From Deltaproteobacteria bacterium (GTDB lineage Bacteria > Myxococcota > Kuafuiibacteriia > Kuafuiibacteriales > Kuafuiibacteriaceae), in contig JAVJQW010000063.1 in the NCBI GenBank assembly GCA_040218735.1, positions 1-64,000 on the forward strand: a stretch of 64,000 nt of DNA. Reading direction: 5' to 3'. This document shows, piece by piece, positions 48,747-57,723 of the stretch; position 1 is the stretch's first letter, and each line of letters begins with the position of its first letter. The notes below the pieces were generated by a model, which saw only the letters and a list, made by a program, of their open reading frames with translations, was not told the DNA's origin and did not search any database. Both the position numbers and the translations under genes were made by a program.

Positions 48747-51386
48747 TCAGGCACGCACGCGGAGCGAGCGCAGGAGTCGTCGCTTCGCGACGTCGATCGA
48801 GATCAGCCGGCCGCGATCGTCTCCGACGAGCAGCAAGTTGCCTTGCACGCGGACGCACGCGTTCGTGGACTCCTGGAGGGAGATGCTCGCCACGCGTTCC
48901 TCCTGGGTGTCGGCGTAGACGAGGACCTGGCAGCCGAGCGGGGTGCGCGCGACGACGGCGCACCAGCCCGGGGCCACCGCGACACGTGCCCCGATCGTCG
49001 ACGGTGCCAGGTCGATGTAGCGCGACGACGTGTTCGTCCCGTGTGAGGTGTCGAGGCGGAACTCGCGGGTGAGGGTGACCTCACCGTCGCCGCCGGCCTC
49101 CTCCCGGGCGAGGGTGACGACTTCGCCGGTCGGGAGGAACGCGTCGCGTCCGACCACGCCGAACGGCACGCCTGGGTACTCGATGCGGCTCCGCAAGGTG
49201 AGTTGCGGGAGCTGGTAGCGCCACACCTCCGCGGTGCCGGACGCGAGCGGCGCGACCGCGGCGAGGACCTTGTCGGAGCGCACGATCGCGCGAGCAGCGC
49301 AGTCCGGGCTGCGCCACGTCGACGTGAAGCGGCGGGCCGTCGCGTCGATCGCGTCGAGCCCCTGGCCGCTGTTCACGTACCAGGTCCACCCGTCGAACGA
49401 GCTCGCTGCCGTGGACAGCTCGGCCTCGCACCAGTGTTTCGACTTCTGACGAACCACGTCGAAGCGCGCGAGGCGCCACACGTCGCCGCGCCGCGCCGCG
49501 ACGATGGCGCGGTGACCGCCGTCGGACGGGACGATGTGGTGCGTGGGCTCGTCGAAATGCTTGGCGACGCGACCGTCGCGCGTGAGGAGTAGCGCGCCGT
49601 TCTCGCCGAGGCCGACGAGGAAGCGCCCGTCGGGGAGGAGCACGACGTCCTCGATCCCCCAGGTCGTCGCGTCGGAGGCGTCGACGTACAGGTCCACGGG
49701 ACCCGACGCCACCGCACGTTTTTCGCGGCGGGGTCGATCCGCTTCGAGGACGCTGTCCCCTGAGAGGCGGCCCAGCGCGCGGTAGGTCGTCGCGTCGGCG
49801 TGCGCGCCGAGGGCTTCGTCGCGGTAGAGCGATCGGAGGGCCGGCCTCGCAAGCACGCGGAGCGGTGGGGTGGCCTTGGCGCGGGAGAGCGTCGCGCGGA
49901 ACGTGTCGCGCGCGGGTGCGGTGTCGGGGCCGTCGTCGTCGAGCAAGGCGAGCGCGCGGGCACGCAGTCGTTCGTAGTCTTCGGGGATCAGCTCCAGCGC
50001 ACGAACGATCATGCGGGCGCCGGGCGGTCCCCCCACCGCGACCGCGGCGGCGATCCATCGGTGCGCGATGTGGCGTCCCTCCTCGACGGGCCACGCCGTG
50101 TCGACGGCCCCGACGAAGTCGCCAGCGTCGGCGAGCGCGTCGGCCCACAGGAGTCGCAGCGCGTCGGCGGCGGAGCGATCCGAGCGTTGGAGGCGGAGTA
50201 CGGCGCCCTCGAAGGCGTCGTAGCGTTTGGCGATCCGAACTGCGCGGTCGTAGCGCTTCGCGAGGAACCACTGGCGAACGATCAAGTCCGGCGCGAGCGA
50301 CCGCGCCTCGGCGAGCTCCGCGGCTTTGACGAAGCGATCGTGGTTCTCGAGGAGCTGCACCGCCTCCTCGTCCTCCTGCAGGAGCTCCGCGAGCACGAAC
50401 GCGGCCTCGTCGATGCGGTCCTGGCGGACGAGCCGTTCGACGAGCCGCCGGTAGCGCTCGCGGAGCAGCTCGAACACGTCGAAGCCGACCACCATCGAAC
50501 GCCCGCCTCCGCCGAGCCCGCCGCTGCTGATGCGGAGGTCGTTGCGTGGTTTAGGGAGACCGAAGCTCGGGCGCGACAGCGCGTCGCCCAGGCTCTTGCT
50601 CAAGGGGATTGCGTGGCGCAGCGCCTCGTCGTCCTGGTCGTCGAGCATTCGCAGGAGGCGACGCAAGTAGTCCGCCTGACGCCGACCGAAGAGGCGATGC
50701 AGGCCCGACGCAAACGTGAGCGCGGCGAGGGCGTTCTCGATCCGTGCGACGAACCGGCGCCACGCGCTCGGAGGCTCGGCCGTGGATGCACGCGGTTCTT
50801 CGCGGAACGCCTTCTCCGCGCTGCGCAGCGCGCGCCACCAGCGCGCCCACCACGGGAGCCGCTTCGAGGCGCCGGCCTCGGAGGTCAGCGCCGCGAGGAC
50901 GGCGTCGCGCTCCTCGGTCGCGTCCGGCACGTCGAGGACCTCGCGTGTTTCGGCCTGCCTCGGCGCGACGTAGCCGGGCGGAGCGGGGGCCTTGCCGAGG
51001 GACTCGGGTTCGATCGTCTCGAAGTCGGTCAGGTCGAACCAGTCGTCGATCGCGATCGAGGTCGCGACGTCGAGGTCCGTCTCTGCGACGCGTCCGCCCG
51101 CGAAACACGCCGCGACGTCGGGGGGCGGTGGGTCGAGATCGGGCGAGGCGACGAGGCCCTGCTCCGTGCGCACGAAGGGGAGTCCGGGCACGTTCTGCGT
51201 TCGCATCGAGCGCGGCGGAATCAACGTGACGAAGTACGTGCCGCGAACCTCGAGGAGTCGGGAGTGCAGCGTCCACACCGCGAGCACCCGCTCGCGCGCG
51301 GCGCGTTCGCCGACGAGGCGCGGATCGACGGCGAGCGCGGCGACGTCGATGCGGCCGCGGTGCACCAGGCGCTCGACACGTTTCAT
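48747..51386 (-). CDS. bpX6-domain protein of a MoxR-vWA-beta-propeller ternary system (bpX6, helical region, beta-propeller-like C-terminus)
   Basis: HRGRIDVAALAVDPRLVGERAARERVLAVW N-terminus; RQADYLRRLL..ALRHAIPL; RIDEAAFVLAELL; DVVLLPDGRFLVGLGENG blades; ATGA overlap. Confidence 0.78.
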   Translation of the reverse strand: MKRVERLVHRGRIDVAALAVDPRLVGERAARERVLAVWTLHSRLLEVRGTYFVTLIPPRSMRTQNVPGLPFVRTEQGLVASPDLDPPPPDVAACFAGGRVAETDLDVATSIAIDDWFDLTDFETIEPESLGKAPAPPGYVAPRQAETREVLDVPDATEERDAVLAALTSEAGASKRLPWWARWWRALRSAEKAFREEPRASTAEPPSAWRRFVARIENALAALTFASGLHRLFGRRQADYLRRLLRMLDDQDDEALRHAIPLSKSLGDALSRPSFGLPKPRNDLRISSGGLGGGGRSMVVGFDVFELLRERYRRLVERLVRQDRIDEAAFVLAELLQEDEEAVQLLENHDRFVKAAELAEARSLAPDLIVRQWFLAKRYDRAVRIAKRYDAFEGAVLRLQRSDRSAADALRLLWADALADAGDFVGAVDTAWPVEEGRHIAHRWIAAAVAVGGPPGARMIVRALELIPEDYERLRARALALLDDDGPDTAPARDTFRATLSRAKATPPLRVLARPALRSLYRDEALGAHADATTYRALGRLSGDSVLEADRPRREKRAVASGPVDLYVDASDATTWGIEDVVLLPDGRFLVGLGENGALLLTRDGRVAKHFDEPTHHIVPSDGGHRAIVAARRGDVWRLARFDVVRQKSKHWCEAELSTAASSFDGWTWYVNSGQGLDAIDATARRFTSTWRSPDCAARAIVRSDKVLAAVAPLASGTAEVWRYQLPQLTLRSRIEYPGVPFGVVGRDAFLPTGEVVTLAREEAGGDGEVTLTREFRLDTSHGTNTSSRYIDLAPSTIGARVAVAPGWCAVVARTPLGCQVLVYADTQEERVASISLQESTNACVRVQGNLLLVGDDRGRLISIDVAKRRLLRSLRVRA

Positions 51387-53170
51387 GCGCCGACCCTCGC
51401 GGCGGAGTAGGACCGAATGATGCGCGCGCGCTGCGCGTCGATCACGACGATCTGATCGTTGGCCAGGTGAAGGACGACGAGGTTCCTGAAGTACGCGGCG
51501 CCGACGAACGGGACCTCCTCCGTCCACAGCTCGTAGGGCGGCATGTGTGCGCCGTACACCAGCACGCGCGTTCGTTCGGCGTTCGCCGCGATGACGCGCG
51601 CCTCGATCTGCCGGCCGCCCACCGCGAAGGCGCCGATGGCCTCTTCCGCGCTGGGCACCGTGATCGGCCCCCAGTCCGAGGTCGTCCGTCGGTGGAACCA
51701 GTTGGCCTCCCAGCGGTTCGCGGATCCGATGGGGTGGAACGCGTCGCCCTGGCGCATCACGACGATCGCGTGGTTGCGGCAGAAGAAGACCTCGCCGGTC
51801 GGGAACGGGAGGTACCAGTCGGGTTGGCGTGTCCGGCTCCAAGGTTGGAGGCGCGACTTCGTCGCGTCGCGCCCGCGGAGCGTCCACAGACGACCGGCGC
51901 GCCGCGCGGCGCCCAGGACGTCCGTGGCGATCCTTTCGATCGATCGCAGCTGCAGGTCGATCGCGAAGACGTCGCTCTCCAACTGTACGAAGCAGTAACC
52001 GTGCACGTGGAACATGCCGGCGATCGGCGCGTCGGCGCCGGGAGGCATGAGGGTGGTCTCACCGCGTTCGAGCTCCAGCTGATCGATGAGCTGCCCACGT
52101 TTGTTGCGCACGCTGAGGACGGGTTGCAGGCCGTCGACGCTCAGCACCCAGTAGCGTTTGTGCCACCAACCCACCGCGACGATCGGCCCGCGCTGCGCAC
52201 CGAGGTGCCGAGGCTCGGCGTGGTGCTCGAGCGGTTTGTGGGGGAGCCCGAGCGCGAGCACGCCGGCCTGCGTGCGGAGGAACAGGCGCCGCCCGCCGTC
52301 GGCGATCGCGACGCCGCCGCCGGTCGTCGCCATCGCCACGCGGACCGGCGCAGGCTTTCGAACCTCGAAGGGATCGCGGAGCAGTCGCACACAAACGTTT
52401 GGGTGCGGGAGCTCGAATCGCACCGGGTCCTTCGGGGCGAGGCGAACGTCGAGCGCGCGGTCGCCGATCTCCATCGACTCCACGACTTCGACGGTTTGAC
52501 CGAGCCGCGCGAGCTTCGCCGTTCGGTTCCCGCCGACGAACCACAGGTCGTCGAGTCCGTCGTCCCCGGGGTCGAGTCGTTCGAGGAACGCATCGACGTC
52601 CTCCGGCTTCCCCTCGTGCGTCGACCGCCCCTGTAGCAGGTTGAGCACCGACTGGGCGTCGAGGTGTTCGAACGTTCGCCGCTCCGGGTCCTGCAACACG
52701 CCCCACCTGAACGCGACGCCGGCGAGCCGCGCGCGGCGCGCCAACACGACCAGCGTCGCGAGGTGGACGAGGCGCGGTGCGCCGATCTGATGAGGCCCCG
52801 CGTCGAACAGCGCGATCGAGTGCAGCGACGCCGAGGGCGCGCGACGTTGAAGCTCGAGGAACGTGTGCTCGGTCATCGCAGCGCGACGCAGGAACTCGAG
52901 CGGCGCCTCCTCCGCGATGGCCCACTCGGAGAGCAGCAGACGCTCATACGAACCGCGGCGCGTGAGCCCGCCGAAGCCGTCGGGGGTGCCGTCGCCTTCG
53001 CGCGTGCTTCGTTTCAATGGACCGAACGTCGCGGCGAGGCGTGGGAGCCAAGGGAGCAGCGTGTGTACGACGTCCGGCGGGAACATCGACAGCTCGTCCT
53101 CCCACCCCCGCAACGCGGGCGGGAGCCTCGTACTCGGCGTGGCCGGACGCCGAGCGGATTCGCGATTCAC
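51383..53170 (-). CDS. vWA-like component of the MoxR ternary system with C-terminal beta-rich region
   Basis: PDGFGGLTRRGSYERLLLSEW...EFLRRA..EHTFL, ALFDAGPHQIGAPRLVHLA (MIDAS-like DxGxxxxG); GTGA overlap. Confidence 0.75.
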   Translation of the reverse strand: MNRESARRPATPSTRLPPALRGWEDELSMFPPDVVHTLLPWLPRLAATFGPLKRSTREGDGTPDGFGGLTRRGSYERLLLSEWAIAEEAPLEFLRRAAMTEHTFLELQRRAPSASLHSIALFDAGPHQIGAPRLVHLATLVVLARRARLAGVAFRWGVLQDPERRTFEHLDAQSVLNLLQGRSTHEGKPEDVDAFLERLDPGDDGLDDLWFVGGNRTAKLARLGQTVEVVESMEIGDRALDVRLAPKDPVRFELPHPNVCVRLLRDPFEVRKPAPVRVAMATTGGGVAIADGGRRLFLRTQAGVLALGLPHKPLEHHAEPRHLGAQRGPIVAVGWWHKRYWVLSVDGLQPVLSVRNKRGQLIDQLELERGETTLMPPGADAPIAGMFHVHGYCFVQLESDVFAIDLQLRSIERIATDVLGAARRAGRLWTLRGRDATKSRLQPWSRTRQPDWYLPFPTGEVFFCRNHAIVVMRQGDAFHPIGSANRWEANWFHRRTTSDWGPITVPSAEEAIGAFAVGGRQIEARVIAANAERTRVLVYGAHMPPYELWTEEVPFVGAAYFRNLVVLHLANDQIVVIDAQRARIIRSYSAARVGA

Positions 53171-53559
53171 GTCAGCGCCTCCAGACGGGTGCGCGCGATC
53201 GGGCGAAGTTTGTCGAGGCGAACGATGCGCCCCGGGAGCACGGCGGCGTGTCGCGCTTCGATCAGCGCGTCGAGCACGGCCGGAGAGACGCTGGGCGCCT
53301 CCCGCGTGGGCACCAGGAGGCGCGGTGCGTCCGGGTGGCGTCCGAGGTACTGAACGCCGTCGACCCAGGGGAGGTCTTCGCCGGCGCCGCACACGATGAT
53401 GAGCCCCGGCGCGACGACGCCTTCGAGCCGCTCGAGGTCGACGTCGCGGACCCCGAGCAGGCGCGACAGCAGGCGGGCGACGACCTCGCCCTCCGCCCAC
53501 GCGCCGCACGGCACCAGCGGCTCCGGGCGCGGCGCCCACGTGATTCGCATCGGCTTCAC
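53167..53559 (-). CDS. bpX5-domain protein of the MoxR ternary system
   Basis: WAPRPEPL..., LPWVDGVQYLG..PDAPRLLVPT; GTGA overlap with the ATPase stop. Confidence 0.75.
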   Translation of the reverse strand: MKPMRITWAPRPEPLVPCGAWAEGEVVARLLSRLLGVRDVDLERLEGVVAPGLIIVCGAGEDLPWVDGVQYLGRHPDAPRLLVPTREAPSVSPAVLDALIEARHAAVLPGRIVRLDKLRPIARTRLEALT

Positions 53560-54686
53560 GGCAGCTCGATCGCCGGCGCGACCTCCTCCACGATCGCGGT
53601 GCGCACCTTGGCGACCGCGTCGGGCATCGCGTCCGGCGCGAACGCCGCGTCGATCTCCCGCGCGACGCCTTCGAGCTTCAGCAGCCAGCCCTCGCGTTCC
53701 TTCGGATCCTCCGGCGGCGCGTCGAGGAGCTGCTGTCCGTCGCGGGCGATGCGCTCCGCGCGAGCGAGCGGCCCGAGGGAAGCGTGCTCCGCCGCGGCGG
53801 CGAGCGCGGAGCTCTTGGACGCTTCGAGCAGCTCCGCAATCGCGTCCCGCGCGATCTGCTGTCCGGCGAGCGAGGGCACCGCGTAGACGATCGGCCACAG
53901 GTCCGCGGTGGTCGGTGTGGTGCGACCGTCGAGCGCGGCGGCGGCGGCGACGAGGCGCTGGAGCTTCACGGCGCGTCGGTCGGAGAGCAAGATGCCGTTC
54001 TTCCGGAGCGCGCGGATCGCGTGAGCGATCTCGCTCCGCACGCCGGACAGATCCGCGGCGCGCGCGGTCTCGGCGAGTGCGTCGACGTGCGCTATCTCGA
54101 TCCCTTCGATCGACTGCGACTCGAGCGCCCACCCACTCTCGAGCAGATCCTCGATCGAGGGATCCGGGATCCCGTCCACGAAGAACCGCACGAGGAAGCG
54201 GTCGGCGAAGGCGTCGAGGGACTCGTCGTCGGGGAGCGCGTTCGTCGCGCCGACGCAAACGCGGAGCGGCACGTCGATCGCGGTGTGCCCACGCACGAAG
54301 CGCCGCTCGTTGAGGAGCCCGAGCAACGTGTTGAGGATCGCCGTCGAGCCCAGGAACACCTCGTCGAGGAACGCGATCTCGGCCTCGGGGAGCATCCCCG
54401 TCGTCTCCGTCTCGACGACCCCCTCGCGGAGCTTCCGCAGATCGACCGGGCCGAAGATCTCGTTCGGCTCGGTGAACCGCCCGAGGAGGTATTCGAAGTA
54501 CCGCCCGCCCAGCGCCTTCGCGACGCGACGCACCGCCTCGCTCTTCGCCGTCCCGGGGGGCCCGACGACGAGCACGTGCTCGCGCGCGATCGCCGCGAGC
54601 GCGACGAGCTCGACGAGCGCCTCGCGGTCGATGAGGTTACGACTGGCGCGGCCGAGGGCACCGGCGACGAGATCCGCTGAGTTCAG
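53556..54686 (-). CDS. MoxR/RavA-family AAA+ ATPase (start uncertain)
   Basis: EHVLVVGPPGTAKS, YFEYLLGRFTEPNEIFGP, FLDEVF, AILNTLL..LNER, AFADRF, SDRR; the ORF-track start 54779 overlaps the divergent gene, so it was trimmed. Confidence 0.93.
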   Translation of the reverse strand: MNSADLVAGALGRASRNLIDREALVELVALAAIAREHVLVVGPPGTAKSEAVRRVAKALGGRYFEYLLGRFTEPNEIFGPVDLRKLREGVVETETTGMLPEAEIAFLDEVFLGSTAILNTLLGLLNERRFVRGHTAIDVPLRVCVGATNALPDDESLDAFADRFLVRFFVDGIPDPSIEDLLESGWALESQSIEGIEIAHVDALAETARAADLSGVRSEIAHAIRALRKNGILLSDRRAVKLQRLVAAAAALDGRTTPTTADLWPIVYAVPSLAGQQIARDAIAELLEASKSSALAAAAEHASLGPLARAERIARDGQQLLDAPPEDPKEREGWLLKLEGVAREIDAAFAPDAMPDAVAKVRTAIVEEVAPAIELP

Positions 54687-54719
54687 AATGTCCCGAGGGT
54701 AGCAGTCGAGCCGACGACC

Positions 54720-55526
54720 GTGGACCTCCCGCGGTTGACCCGCGACGCCGCCCCACGAACGCTCTTGGGCGACGTGCACCCCTTAGAGGAGGTCTTCGAA
54801 CGACGTGCGCCTCGGCTCCTTCGTGGCCGTCGAGCGCAGAGCATGTTCGGCGTGCCGCAGACCGTGGCGCTGCTCCGGTCACTCCCCGCGGACGTTTGCT
54901 TCGCCGACGTCCTTGGACACCACGGCGGCATCACCGTCGAAACGTCGGGCGAGCTGCCGGCGGAAGGTCCGCTCGTCGTCGCCGCGAATCACCCGTACCC
55001 GATCCTCGACTACTACGGCCTGGCCTTCGCGGTAGAGCAGCGCCGCGGCGGGCGTGTGCGCGTCGTCGTCGATGCGTTGTCGAAGCCGATGCGCGAGCTC
55101 CACCCGTTGCTCGCGTTCGTCGGCGACAGCGACGAAGAGCGCGATGCGTTCTGGCGAGAACAGTCCGCGTTCCTGCGCGACGGCGGCGCGGTGGTCATCT
55201 TCCCCGCGGGACAGACCAACTACCGCGACGGGGAGGGCGTCGCGGTGGAGACGCCGTGGCGCGGCGGGGCGCTGAAGCTCGCGAGCCTCGCGGACGCGAC
55301 GCTCGTGCCCGCATTCGTTCGCGCCGAGACCAGCTTCGGCTACAACCTGCTGCGTCGCCTGTTGCCGCGCGGGGTCGTGCAGAACCTCAACCTCCGCGAA
55401 GCGCACACCCGGAGCGCGACGGTCGACGTCACGTTCGGCGCGCCGCTCGACGTCGCCGCGCTCAGCACCGACGCGCTCCGCGACGCGGTGTACACCGTGG
55501 GTGGCGTCGGCTTTCGACTCGGGTAG
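54720..55526 (+). CDS. PlsC-like lysophospholipid acyltransferase
   Basis: VVAANHPYPILD (HxxxxD), VIFPAG, WRGG. Confidence 0.82.
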   Translation: MDLPRLTRDAAPRTLLGDVHPLEEVFERRAPRLLRGRRAQSMFGVPQTVALLRSLPADVCFADVLGHHGGITVETSGELPAEGPLVVAANHPYPILDYYGLAFAVEQRRGGRVRVVVDALSKPMRELHPLLAFVGDSDEERDAFWREQSAFLRDGGAVVIFPAGQTNYRDGEGVAVETPWRGGALKLASLADATLVPAFVRAETSFGYNLLRRLLPRGVVQNLNLREAHTRSATVDVTFGAPLDVAALSTDALRDAVYTVGGVGFRLG

Positions 55527-55543
55527 GCGGCGCCCGAGTATCT

Positions 55544-56851
55544 TCAGTAGACGGCTTCGCCGTCGCGAAGGAAGACGCGCCCGCCCTTCATGACGAAGTC
55601 CACCTCTTCGAGGCGCTTCGCGTCCGCGGTGGCGTCGCCCTTCACGGCGACGAGGTCCGCGAGCTTGCCTTTGGCGATCACGCCGAGGTCGGGTTGGTCG
55701 AGCAGCTCCGCGGCCCGGATCGTCGCGGCCTGGATCGCCTCCATCGGCGTCATGCCGCCCTCCACCATGTACGCGAACTCCGACGCGTTGGTGCCGTGCG
55801 GAGAGACGCCGCAGTCGGTGCCGAACGCGATCTTCACGCCCGCGCGGTGCGCCTTGGTGAAGGTGCTCTGGATCTGTGCGCCGATCACCGCGGCCTTGGG
55901 GCGCACGACCTCGGGGAAGAAGCCGGCCTCCTCCGCCTTCTTCGCGACCCACTTCCCCGCGCTGATCGTCGGGACGTAGAACGTGCCGCGCTCCTTCATC
56001 AGCGCGATGGCTTCGTCGTCGAGGTACGTGCCGTGTTCGACGGAGTGAACGCCCGCGCGCACCGCTCGCTTGAGCCCCTCCGCACCGTGCGCGTGCACGG
56101 CGACGCGGAAGCCGTAGTCCTTCGCCGTCGCGACGACGGCCTCCAGCTCCTCGTCGGTGAACTGCGGGTTCTGGCCGCTCTTCGCGAGGCTCAACACGCC
56201 GCCGGTCGCGGTGAGCTTGATGAGGTCCGCGCCGTCCTTGTAGCGCTGGCGCACCGCCTTGCGTGCGTCGTCCGCGCCGTTGACCACCCCCTCCTTCGGT
56301 CCGGGGTCCTTCTTCAGCTCCGCGTTCAGGCCGTTCGTCGGATCCGCGTGGCCGCCGGTCGTCGCGAGCGACTTCGCGGCCGTGAAGATTCGCGGCCCGA
56401 CGATCCACCCCTTCTTGATGCTGTCGCGCATCGACACCGTGATGTTGTTGCGGTCGCCGAGGTCGCGCACCGTCGTGAACCCCGCGAGCAGCGTCCGCCG
56501 CGCGAACTCGGCGCCGCGCAGCGCGACGTCGGCGTCGTTCATGAAGAACCGCTCCGAGTAACTCTTCGCGCTGAGCTGGAACGTCAGGTGCGTGTGCATG
56601 TCCATGAAGCCGGGCATCACGGTGTGCGCGCGCAGGTCGATCGTCGACACGCCCTTGCCGGCCTTCGCGAACCCCTTCTCGACGCCGACGATGCGGTCGC
56701 CTTCGACGCGGATCGTCACGTCCTTCTGCGTGGTGCCCTTCGCCACGTCGACGAGCCGCCCCGCGTGGACGACGTACTTCGGCTTCACCTCGGGGGCGGC
56801 GGTCGCGGGGGTCGCGCAGGCGAACGTGGTCAGCAGGAGGAGGCTACGCAC
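55544..56851 (-). CDS. Secreted metal-dependent amidohydrolase (Xaa-Pro dipeptidase-like)
   Basis: Signal peptide, [44 protein letters not shown]. Confidence 0.95.
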   Translation of the reverse strand: MRSLLLLTTFACATPATAAPEVKPKYVVHAGRLVDVAKGTTQKDVTIRVEGDRIVGVEKGFAKAGKGVSTIDLRAHTVMPGFMDMHTHLTFQLSAKSYSERFFMNDADVALRGAEFARRTLLAGFTTVRDLGDRNNITVSMRDSIKKGWIVGPRIFTAAKSLATTGGHADPTNGLNAELKKDPGPKEGVVNGADDARKAVRQRYKDGADLIKLTATGGVLSLAKSGQNPQFTDEELEAVVATAKDYGFRVAVHAHGAEGLKRAVRAGVHSVEHGTYLDDEAIALMKERGTFYVPTISAGKWVAKKAEEAGFFPEVVRPKAAVIGAQIQSTFTKAHRAGVKIAFGTDCGVSPHGTNASEFAYMVEGGMTPMEAIQAATIRAAELLDQPDLGVIAKGKLADLVAVKGDATADAKRLEEVDFVMKGGRVFLRDGEAVY

Positions 56852-56890
56852 GCCGGCATCATGGCGAACGGCGTCGAGGGCGTCACGCTT

Positions 56891-57676
56891 TCAACGCCAG
56901 TAACACTCGGGCCAAGCGCGGCACGCGCTCTCGGACGTGTGGCGACTGCACTGCCACGCGCCGCCCGTGCACTCCGCGTCGCGCCAGTAACAACCGCGCT
57001 GCGTGTTGCACGAGCCGCTCGACGTCCGCGAGCCGCAGGACGCGGAGCCGCCGACGCAGCGGTCGTCGTAGTAGTCCCAGCGGCATCCGAGCTGGTAGCC
57101 GCACTGTGACGGCGAGTAGAACGACTGACACGCCCACGCGGAGCCGAGGCAGATCTCGTAGCTGTAGTAGCAGCCCGGGTTCTCGGTGCAGGACGCGGAG
57201 GAGTACCGCGCGTCGCACGCGGTGACCGCGCCGTAACACGCGCCGCCGGATCCGCCGGAGCCCGTCTGGTTGTTGCTGTTGTTCGAGCCGCCCGAGTTGT
57301 TGCCGCCGGTGCTCATGTTGCCGTTGCCGTTCGGCGTGGGCGTCGGGCCGTCGCGCTCCTCGCGGATCTCCGTACCGTCGCGCGGGTCGTCGTAGGTCGG
57401 GACGACACCGGTCGGTACGTCGCCGGAGCGGCAGTACGCGAGCGCGTGATCGATCGTGATGAACCCCGTGCCGTCGTCGAACCAGAACGCGCAGTCCCCG
57501 GCTTGGCAGCACATCTCGTAGGTCTGGCCGTTCGGGCAGTTGTTCCCGAGGAGCGTGCACTCCACCGGATCTTCGACGGGGGCCTCGGCGGCCGGATCGG
57601 TGACCTTGGAGAGCGGATCGGGGCCCCCACAGGCGGCGAGCCCGAACAGGAGGACAACCGCGGTAAAGCCCCGCAT
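56891..57676 (-). CDS. Cys-rich lipoprotein with four tandem 4-Cys repeats
   Basis: Lipobox LAA-C; N/G/S linker; CxG..C..S..C..GC(Y/R)(Y/W) x4. Confidence 0.8.
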   Translation of the reverse strand: MRGFTAVVLLFGLAACGGPDPLSKVTDPAAEAPVEDPVECTLLGNNCPNGQTYEMCCQAGDCAFWFDDGTGFITIDHALAYCRSGDVPTGVVPTYDDPRDGTEIREERDGPTPTPNGNGNMSTGGNNSGGSNNSNNQTGSGGSGGACYGAVTACDARYSSASCTENPGCYYSYEICLGSAWACQSFYSPSQCGYQLGCRWDYYDDRCVGGSASCGSRTSSGSCNTQRGCYWRDAECTGGAWQCSRHTSESACRAWPECYWR

Positions 57677-57686
57677 CGCGCATCGG

Positions 57687-57712
57687 TTATCGGCGAGCGA
57701 GGGCGTGTGTTG
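57687..57712 (-). promoter_or_regulatory. Sigma28-like promoter
   Basis: Minus strand CAAC-N14-GCCGATAA (perfect FliA -10), 10 nt before ATG. Confidence 0.55.
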
Positions 57713-57723
57713 CCTGAAAAGAC

